Below are positions 43,248-50,358 of a DNA stretch of 50,358 bases, one piece after another; the stretch's first letter is position 1, and every line of letters starts with the position of its first letter. The translations under genes were made by a program, and so were the position numbers. Origin of the DNA: a virus (lineage: Duplodnaviria > Caudoviricetes); the IMG/VR virus record IMGVR_UViG_3300030106_006546, positions 1 to 50,358 of that record; one strand, 5' to 3'. The notes below the pieces were generated by a model. That model was not told the DNA's origin and did not search any database. It worked only from the letters and a program-made list of their open reading frames with translations.

Positions 43248-45440
43248 ATGGGACTGAAAAACGTAAGGGCTGGGCCAAGCAAAAATATGGCCCGTCCGTT
43301 GTCGCAATCCTTACGCGATGACTTTGTCGATTTTTTAGCCAGCCATCACATGGAGTTTGACCCGAAAGAGGGTTTGGTCGAGCACGGTCGCGGTAAAGCT
43401 TGGAGTGCATACGGGGGCCGCGCACGCAAAGACAAGGGGTGGTATTTATTGTTTTTGCATCAAGAGAGTCCGCTTGGGCTTTGTTTTGATTGGCGTGAGG
43501 GTGATCATCCGATCGCACGCTGGTCTCCCGATGGGCGCGAAGACTTGACCGATGAAGAGCGAGAGCGTGAGCGACAGCTCATAGAGCAAGCGCGCAAGGA
43601 GTACCTCGAGAAGTTGGCCAAACAACACGCAGAGGTCGCCAAAGAGTGTCGCAGAATCTGGAAACAAGCGGCGCCGTGCAAAGACCATCCTTACCTGGAG
43701 CGCAAGAAGGTAGCAAACCACGGACTCAAGGTTTCGCTTGGTCCTGATTTTGATGGCTATCTTATACTGCCCTATCGCGATGAAACCAAGCACATCGTCA
43801 CACTGAGTTACATTCCGCCTGAACCGGGCGAGCAAAAGTGGTGGCATAAGGGTGCGAAGCGCAAAGGCACCTACGCCCTCATCGGTCCTGAGCTTTTACG
43901 CTACGAGCCAGAGCGCATCAATTATGTTGAGGGGTATGCTACGGGCGCCAGTTGGTATGAGCATGTCGGTGAGGCCGAGCCCGTAGTCATCACGGGGGAT
44001 GCCAATGGCATGATCGATGTGCCGAAACTGTTTGCCGCTTGGTATCCTGACGCAACCCATGTATTTATTGCAGACAACGATGAAAATGAGACGGGACAGA
44101 AAGCGGCACAAGCGGGCGCCAATGAGGTCAAGCTTGTGGGTGGTAGTGCCGAGATCATCGTGCCTGGTGAGGTGGGCCAAGACTTCAACGATGTGGTTAA
44201 TCAACCAAGCATCGAGGGTGAGATCATACCCAAAGATCATCGCGCAATGGCTGAGGTCATCGATTACGCCGCGCTACCGAAGGGTAGCCGCCTTATGCAG
44301 AGCAAAGAGAATTATGCGGTGTTGCTTGAGAAAAATGAGATCGACGTGGCGTACAACGTCATCAAAAAAGAGATGGAGATCGACATACCAGGCATGCGCT
44401 TCATCAACGACCTACAAGAGGATGCGATGCTGGCGGAGCTTGAGAACCGTTGCATAAAAGAAATGCTCCCACACGAACGGATGCGGGTGAATTTGCCGCT
44501 TCTGGCAAGGGAACACAACCCGGTCAAAGACTGGATGGAAAGCGTTCCGTGGGATGGCACAAAGCGCATACAGCAGTTGCTTGACACCGTGGACGCAGAA
44601 GACAACCCACTCAAAGAGATGCTGATGCGTAAATGGCTGGCCGGGTGTGCGGCCGTCGCCTGTTTGCCTGAAGGCGCCAACCTGGAGGGCGTGCTGATTT
44701 TTGTTGGAAGACAAGCCATCGGTAAGACGCAATGGATGAAGTCTCTGGCGCCAAACAAAGACTGGCTCCTGGAGGGCGCCACGCTGAACCCTAGCGATAA
44801 GGACAGCGTTAAGCACTGCGTGAGTCATTGGATTGTGGAGCTGGGTGAGCTCGGTAGCACCTTCAAAAAAGCCGACATCGATCAGCTCAAGGCCTTTCTG
44901 ACCAAATCAAAGGATGAGCTGCGACTGCCCTATGGTCGAAGCTTCAGCCGTTATCAGCGCCGCACGGCTTTTTATGGGTCGGTAAACGAGCGTGAGTTCT
45001 TGGTCGATCCCACGGGCAACCGACGCTTTTGGGTGATACATGTCAACAAGATAAATTTTCACCACGGTCTGAACATGCAACAGATTTGGGCGGAGGTTTT
45101 GCATGAGGTGCATCAAGGTGGGGAGACCTGGTTCTTGACCAGTGAGGAGCGTGAGCGGTTACAGGCGAGTAATGAGAACTCGAGGACACAGAGTGTGGTG
45201 GAGGATTTGCTTTTGCAGCAGGTGGACTTCGAGGGAGTAAATACAAAGCCCGTTCAGATGGCCAAGCTGCTCACCGACTTGGGGGTGCGCTCGCCGCGGA
45301 TGAGCGATTACAAAGAGGCGAGTCGTATATTACAGGAGCGTGGGATTAAACCCAGAAAGTCGCATGGCAAGAAAATATACGACGTTCAGTACGAACCTGT
45401 AGATACCCCCACTGTACCCCGCTCTACCCCCGACTGGTGA
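43248..45440 (+). CDS. Primase-helicase (TOPRIM plus VirE/VapE P-loop ATPase)
   Basis: VEGYATG and IADND TOPRIM motifs; GRQAIGKT Walker A; ELGEL; DPTGNRRFW. Likely ATG at 43248. Confidence 0.88.
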   Translation: MGLKNVRAGPSKNMARPLSQSLRDDFVDFLASHHMEFDPKEGLVEHGRGKAWSAYGGRARKDKGWYLLFLHQESPLGLCFDWREGDHPIARWSPDGREDLTDEERERERQLIEQARKEYLEKLAKQHAEVAKECRRIWKQAAPCKDHPYLERKKVANHGLKVSLGPDFDGYLILPYRDETKHIVTLSYIPPEPGEQKWWHKGAKRKGTYALIGPELLRYEPERINYVEGYATGASWYEHVGEAEPVVITGDANGMIDVPKLFAAWYPDATHVFIADNDENETGQKAAQAGANEVKLVGGSAEIIVPGEVGQDFNDVVNQPSIEGEIIPKDHRAMAEVIDYAALPKGSRLMQSKENYAVLLEKNEIDVAYNVIKKEMEIDIPGMRFINDLQEDAMLAELENRCIKEMLPHERMRVNLPLLAREHNPVKDWMESVPWDGTKRIQQLLDTVDAEDNPLKEMLMRKWLAGCAAVACLPEGANLEGVLIFVGRQAIGKTQWMKSLAPNKDWLLEGATLNPSDKDSVKHCVSHWIVELGELGSTFKKADIDQLKAFLTKSKDELRLPYGRSFSRYQRRTAFYGSVNEREFLVDPTGNRRFWVIHVNKINFHHGLNMQQIWAEVLHEVHQGGETWFLTSEERERLQASNENSRTQSVVEDLLLQQVDFEGVNTKPVQMAKLLTDLGVRSPRMSDYKEASRILQERGIKPRKSHGKKIYDVQYEPVDTPTVPRSTPDW

Positions 45441-45654
45441 AGGGGGTGAGGTGCTGTACCCCCTATACCCCATTGCGAAATCTTTGAAAGCTATATTCTA
45501 CGCGGGTCTCGAGCATGGGGGGGGTGGGGTATAGTAGTTCTAATGATTATTGTATTTATATATATACTGTAAAAAAGGGCCATATTTAGCCAAAAAAGAC
45601 GTGTATTTCATATCTCCTAGTATAAGGCCGAAAAAAGGCACCCTACCCCACCCC
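45404..45654. other. Candidate replication origin (TACCCC iterons, inverted repeat, AT-rich core)
   Basis: TACCCC at 45404, 45415, 45425, 45457 and 45466. GGGGTGGGGTA (45521-45531) and TACCCCACCCC (45644-45654) flank an AT-rich stretch. Confidence 0.55.
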
Positions 45655-45696
45655 GTGGTGAAAAAGGATGATGTATTACAATGAAAGGGCAAAGCT

Positions 45697-45879
45697 ATGT
45701 TTTTAAACTTTACTCAATGGCGGTACGAGAATGACTGCGAGCGGGAGGCCTGGGGGCAACCTCGACTGTCTGAGGCAGAGGCGCTGAAATTATTCGAACA
45801 ACTGAAGGTGAGCGGATGGCTGACAAACCAAACGGAACAGCAAAGCGAGGAAGGCCACGCAAAGAGCGAAAAGCGTTAG
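45697..45879 (+). CDS. Small hypothetical protein
   Basis: 60 aa; overlaps the terS start. Confidence 0.45.
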   Translation: MFLNFTQWRYENDCEREAWGQPRLSEAEALKLFEQLKVSGWLTNQTEQQSEEGHAKSEKR

Positions 45880-46352
45880 TCGAGACGCCGCTTCAGTTCG
45901 AGGCGGATGATGAGGCGGGCATCACTGAAATGCAGACGAGCTTTGTGTGGCATTACACGGAGGGTGCATGCGGGCAGACGGAAGCCGCCAGGCGTGCAGG
46001 GTTTGCGTTCCCAGCATCCGCTGCAACCAAGATGCTCGACGGCAAGACGTTCCCGAAAGTCACACGCGCGGTGCGAGTCAAGCAAGATGAACTTCGCGAA
46101 AAGTATGCGGTGACACCACAAAAGACGGGCGCGATGTTATGGAAAATCGCAGAGACTAGCTTTGAGAATGGCGCGTACAACGCCGCGGTGAGTGCGGTCA
46201 AAGAGTTGAACCAGCTCGCCGGGCTGACAATCCATCGCAGTCAGAATCTCAACATCAACGCCGATTTGCAGAAGATGACAAAGGACGACATCAAGCAACG
46301 GCTGAACGAGTTGCTTGGGGTGGACAGCGAGATGCGGGATCGAGACCATTAA
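45816..46352 (+). CDS. terS: Terminase small subunit
   Basis: Q..FV..Y...TEAARRAG HTH, AAVSAVKEL..LAGL, and MTKDDIKQRL. Confidence 0.8.
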   Translation: MADKPNGTAKRGRPRKERKALVETPLQFEADDEAGITEMQTSFVWHYTEGACGQTEAARRAGFAFPASAATKMLDGKTFPKVTRAVRVKQDELREKYAVTPQKTGAMLWKIAETSFENGAYNAAVSAVKELNQLAGLTIHRSQNLNINADLQKMTKDDIKQRLNELLGVDSEMRDRDH

Positions 46353-46467
46353 CCGAGCCGGGTGGGAAGATGTGGGAAATGAACATTGTTTTCGCCCCTC
46401 GCCCGCTGGCCCCGCCAAAACTACAAAAAAAAACAAAAACTTGCACAAAATCCAAAAAGCATAATGA

Positions 46468-46480
46468 AATCAATAACTTA
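46468..46480 (+). promoter_or_regulatory. IHF-binding consensus site
   Basis: AATCAATAACTTA matches WATCAANNNNTTR, with A-tracts upstream. Confidence 0.55.
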
Positions 46481-46836
46481 TGTGCAATATTTTTGTTTGC
46501 GTGACGGTGCGTGTATTGCTTGGCTCTGAGCAGAGGCGATACGGTGGTTTGCCCGGGTGCGCGAACCAATGATCAAGAGCGCGTAGCACGCCCTGTATTG
46601 CCCTGTGTTGCAAAAGCGTGCGTGACCTAAGGAACCCTATGGGGTCAAAAAAACGCCGTCAAATCGCAATACAAAGCGACCCCCGCACCCCCCTAGATCG
46701 CGCCGCCGCATGGCGCTGTAGCTATAGCAAGGTTTGGTACATCCAACCCCCAAAAATCCTCAACGGAATCCATGTTTGACGTCTACCCCCTAGTACGCCA
46801 TCATCAGCTCATAGACGCACTCACGGAAGGCTAATT

Positions 46837-47580
46837 ATGTTTGCTCCAATGAATTCCAGACAGCAATTCCAACAGCCACCCATGCCGCAACAGATGCCGC
46901 AACAGATGCCGCAACAGATGCCGCAACCATTTGGTGGTTTCGGCGGGGGTTTTGGCGGGGGTTTTGGTGGATACGGTAGTCAACAACCCATGCAACAACC
47001 GTTTGGCGGTTTCCGTCCGCAGCCACAGCCTCCACAATTCGGCGGTTTTGGTGGTGGCATGATGCGCCCCATGCCGATGCAACCTCAGCCGATGCCATTT
47101 TTCGGCGGTGGAATGGGCGGTAGGATGATGGATCAGCAACGAATGGGTTCCGCATCTTCTCTTCAGCAAGCATTGCAAGGTACGCTCGGTCAAAGGTTAG
47201 GCTCTCCCTCACCGCAAGCCCCTCAACAGGCTCCGAACACCGCGAGCGAAAGTCAAGCACGACAAGCGTCAGTTGACGCACAAATGCAAGAAGCGCAAGG
47301 CGCAGAACCCGATAGGACTGCGACTATGGCTCGATCCACTGGCGCGCCACCTGGCGGCCCACTACCACCGCGCATGCCTATGCCCATGCCAGTGCGTGGT
47401 GGGCCCGTCATGCCAAGATTTCCGTTTCAACCGCGACGTCCGATGCCTATGCCTATGCGACAGCCTATGCGCCCAACCCTGCGTGGTTTGGGATCAATGG
47501 GTATGCCGATGATGCAATTTAATCGTGGCGGTTTTAATCCGTTTATGAGTCGGCGATTTATGCCTCGAGGATTCTTTTAG
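46837..47580 (+). CDS. Low-complexity Pro/Gln/Met/Gly/Phe-rich disordered protein
   Basis: 247 aa; MPQQ repeats (12-bp tandem at 46882-46927), FGGG repeats, PMPM repeats; GGAAGG RBS. Confidence 0.75.
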   Translation: MFAPMNSRQQFQQPPMPQQMPQQMPQQMPQPFGGFGGGFGGGFGGYGSQQPMQQPFGGFRPQPQPPQFGGFGGGMMRPMPMQPQPMPFFGGGMGGRMMDQQRMGSASSLQQALQGTLGQRLGSPSPQAPQQAPNTASESQARQASVDAQMQEAQGAEPDRTATMARSTGAPPGGPLPPRMPMPMPVRGGPVMPRFPFQPRRPMPMPMRQPMRPTLRGLGSMGMPMMQFNRGGFNPFMSRRFMPRGFF

Positions 47581-47714
47581 GAACCCTGCCCACCCGGTTT
47601 TTGAAGGAGACAACAAAAACAGAGGAGTGAGCGGGCAGGGTGATTCGGTTGGAGAGCCCTAAGGTATCCTTTTTGTCGGTGTATTTCTAATTTTTTTTTG
47701 CTTACACTCGGCCA

Positions 47715-48125
47715 ATGGCAGACTCACGGACAAAAGGCGCCGCGTTTGAACGCGATATCGTGAAGCGAATCAACGCATTCGCCGATGATCATGCCCTGGG
47801 TTTCACGTGTAAGCGCAATCTCGACCAGTACCAAGCTGCCAATCTGTGTGATATTCAAATTCCCGGCTATTCCATTGAGTGTAAGGCGTACAAAAGTGGC
47901 TGGTGGTACGCTTCTGCGTGGTGGGACCAAGTCTGTGAGGCGTGCGGTGACGACATTCCCGTGCTAATTTACAAATTCAACAACAAACCGATCCGCGTTT
48001 GTGTGCCGTTGCACTCGATTAACGCAAAAATCGCGAAAAACAACGCGAGAACCGTGGTTTTAACGCTCGAGGATTGGTTTTTTCTGTTGAAATCATCGTT
48101 TGATGCACAAAAAAAGGCGGCATAG
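47715..48125 (+). CDS. Holliday-junction-resolvase-like PD-(D/E)xK endonuclease
   Basis: SRTKGAAFER...CDI...IECK...WWDQV. Confidence 0.8.
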   Translation: MADSRTKGAAFERDIVKRINAFADDHALGFTCKRNLDQYQAANLCDIQIPGYSIECKAYKSGWWYASAWWDQVCEACGDDIPVLIYKFNNKPIRVCVPLHSINAKIAKNNARTVVLTLEDWFFLLKSSFDAQKKAA

Positions 48126-50358
48126 TGGGTTTTTTACGACGATTGATTAAAAAAGCACAAACTGATGAGTTTGGTTTCTACAGTTTTGCTGAAGAAATAG
48201 CACTGAACGCGCCGCAAAAGAAGATGCGCGGTGATGACGCGCGTCGGATGTTTTTGAACAAGGGCGTGAAGAAAAAAGAGCTTGAAGATTTGGGTTTAGA
48301 TGATCTTTTCAATCAAGATCGCGTGACTCAGGACGAAATTCTTCAGACGATCGATGAAAATCGCATTGAGTTTGAAGCGTTAGAGTATAAAGGCAGCGCC
48401 CCTGCCAATAGGGGTTTTACTCAAGAAACGCTTTCGTTTGAAGAAGCGCACATGGCGCCTACCGTCACGCTTGAGGACGGCACAGTTTTGCGTTATTACC
48501 CCTACACTCAATCGCGTGATGGCAGATTCGGTGAATTTAGACCAGAGGGACCACCCAGAGAGGGCGTGCCAACGGGGGTATTAGACACAGTAGGCGATAC
48601 CACAAATTTTCAGTTTATCGAAGAAATTTATGATGGCTTGCCCGTGTTTGAAGAAGGTAGCACCACTGAGATTGGCCGTGTAAAAAAACAATTTGATGAG
48701 GAATCTGCTGGCATTACTGAGATTTTGGAAGATGAGGATATGCTGCGAGACGTTTTGAACGAGGCCATACTTCGCGACCCAGACATGAAAGACTACATGC
48801 TCGATGAAAAAAACGAGAAAATTCGAGAATTTTTTTATGCAGATCGGCCTTTTGAAACTTTAGATTTTATAGATCGTAAAATTTTGCGGGAAACCGTTTA
48901 CGACCATCAGGAACTTGCGTACAAAGACGACCCTATCGAAAAAATTACAATCATGCTCGACGGGAATCCTACCCCGTATTCTTTGGTCGGCAATGAGAAT
49001 ATAGGCTATAGCTTGCCCGGCACAAGCGACCCGCGCCTGTTAAACGATCCAAGTGCTAACCCAGTGGCTTTTAGCGCAAACGAAGCGGAGGTGTCGCTTT
49101 CAAGCCTTTTGGAGCTATATGAAGACATCACAGACGGCGCCGAGGGCAATCTCAGGTGGGCTGACCGCACGTTACCAGGCGGAGACAACGCCGTAGAAAC
49201 CGTATTTCAACTCAAATTGCCAGAGCTTCGATTTAGCGAAGACATCCATTATCCCGACGCCACAAACCAAGTGTTTCATGTACGCACGAAAGACCGCGTC
49301 GATGACAAAGGCAATCTCATTTTGTATGTAGAGGAGTTTCAATCGGATTGGGGTCAAAAAGCAAGAGAACGAGGCCTAAAAGACCCAGAAACCATAGAAT
49401 ATGCTGAGGCAAAAGCGAAAGAGGAGCTGGATCAGCTGCTTGATTTTGTTCCTTTTCTAGAAAGAGCATATGAAAAAAATCCTCGATTACCACGGTTTGT
49501 GGACCAAATCCGCCGCTCTCTAGTGGAACCGTACAATATCAGCGGTCGCATAGAGGGTACGTTAGAGATTTCACCTGAAGGCAGTGCCAAATTTGGAATC
49601 AGGACCAAATCTATTGACCGCTTAAAAAGCGCGTTGGGAGACTTTAAAGATGATGTGGATGAAGAGGTCAGACAACTGCGACGGGAGATCATCACACGTA
49701 GTTTTTCTTTAGAAGAAAAACAAGCGGCACTCAAAAAAATCTATGCTGGCGCATTCCGCCTCGGCCAAAGAGAACAAAATTTTTATCTTCCCGAGGCGCT
49801 GAAATACAGGTTGTTGCAGATCGATACAGCATCAAAAGATGGTCCTTTTGACGGCAATCGTGAGTCAGCGGCAAAAATTATATCCGATTATGTAGACGAA
49901 GAGGATTTGTTTAGTCTTGATCAAAAGTTGGGTGAGTTTGGCGCTGTGGCTTCACCGACTGGGTTCAATGTACCAGGAGCGGCAGAGTTTAATCGTGAAA
50001 GCTACAAGCGTCTTTTGGCACGCTTGAAGGCCGAAAGTTATGGAGAGATCAACAGGCGCTTACGAGAACTAGCCGAACGAAAAATTGCGCGGAATGCCTT
50101 AGCGCCTTTGGGCTTACCGCCCGACACTATGCAAAGGCTCGGTAGAGCAGTGAAAAATTTTGGAGTCGATGAAAAGGCCAAAACAGGCGCAAAAATGGCA
50201 TCTCCTTACTCGACTTTTATTGAGAGAGCGCCCTTTATCACCGACTCTGAAGGCTGGAACACCTTGGGTGTCAAATATATTTTTTCAAGAGCGGCTAGGG
50301 AAGGCTATGACGGCGTCGCTTTTGCCCCAGGGGAAGTGCATGAAAAACGATGGAAAAG
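48125..50358 (+). CDS. N-terminal part of a ~1019-aa protein spanning the contig ends (putative polyvalent/ejected protein)
   Basis: GTG at 48125 overlaps the previous TAG. Manual translation shows no stop to the end. FYS..E, FHVRTKDR and LYVEEFQSDW motifs; continues to 925. Confidence 0.85.
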   Translation, partial: MGFLRRLIKKAQTDEFGFYSFAEEIALNAPQKKMRGDDARRMFLNKGVKKKELEDLGLDDLFNQDRVTQDEILQTIDENRIEFEALEYKGSAPANRGFTQETLSFEEAHMAPTVTLEDGTVLRYYPYTQSRDGRFGEFRPEGPPREGVPTGVLDTVGDTTNFQFIEEIYDGLPVFEEGSTTEIGRVKKQFDEESAGITEILEDEDMLRDVLNEAILRDPDMKDYMLDEKNEKIREFFYADRPFETLDFIDRKILRETVYDHQELAYKDDPIEKITIMLDGNPTPYSLVGNENIGYSLPGTSDPRLLNDPSANPVAFSANEAEVSLSSLLELYEDITDGAEGNLRWADRTLPGGDNAVETVFQLKLPELRFSEDIHYPDATNQVFHVRTKDRVDDKGNLILYVEEFQSDWGQKARERGLKDPETIEYAEAKAKEELDQLLDFVPFLERAYEKNPRLPRFVDQIRRSLVEPYNISGRIEGTLEISPEGSAKFGIRTKSIDRLKSALGDFKDDVDEEVRQLRREIITRSFSLEEKQAALKKIYAGAFRLGQREQNFYLPEALKYRLLQIDTASKDGPFDGNRESAAKIISDYVDEEDLFSLDQKLGEFGAVASPTGFNVPGAAEFNRESYKRLLARLKAESYGEINRRLRELAERKIARNALAPLGLPPDTMQRLGRAVKNFGVDEKAKTGAKMASPYSTFIERAPFITDSEGWNTLGVKYIFSRAAREGYDGVAFAPGEVHEKRWK
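50260..50358. repeat. Terminal direct repeat, right copy
   Basis: Identical to 1-99. Confidence 0.97.

Noticed and set aside
46930-47120. Second GGY array
   Set aside because: The period is 3 or 12 nt and is explained by Gly/Phe codons of the low-complexity protein.

Overview
This window is a complete, circularly assembled dsDNA tailed phage genome of about 50,259 bp; bases 1-99 are repeated exactly at 50260-50358. It looks like a marine podovirus of the uvMED/HTVC010P-type structural lineage (inference from protein motifs). It encodes terminase, portal, GroES, scaffold, major capsid, tail and ejection proteins, a tail fibre, a lysis cassette, a TOPRIM-VirE primase/helicase, a RecE-like exonuclease, a DNA methyltransferase, a 2OG-Fe(II) oxygenase and a serine recombinase. 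I recognised no DNA or RNA polymerase. The standout feature is a minus-strand operon: a solitary RAMP/Cas7-like gene (2266-2877), an accessory gene (1769-2269), then a 399-nt non-coding array (1376-1774). The array is built of strictly phased 5-nt GGY-NN units, split into segments by 4-nt GGC(A/T) junctions. This is a candidate non-CRISPR RNA-guided system in which the variable NN dinucleotides form a non-contiguous guide code (VIPR-like). Other notable elements are two complete hammerhead ribozymes between early genes, a phage promoter motif present in four copies, an iteron-like origin candidate, an IHF site after terS, a prion-like low-complexity protein, and a 1019-aa ORF spanning the contig ends that the ORF track missed. 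All protein calls come from recognising motifs by eye; no searches were run.
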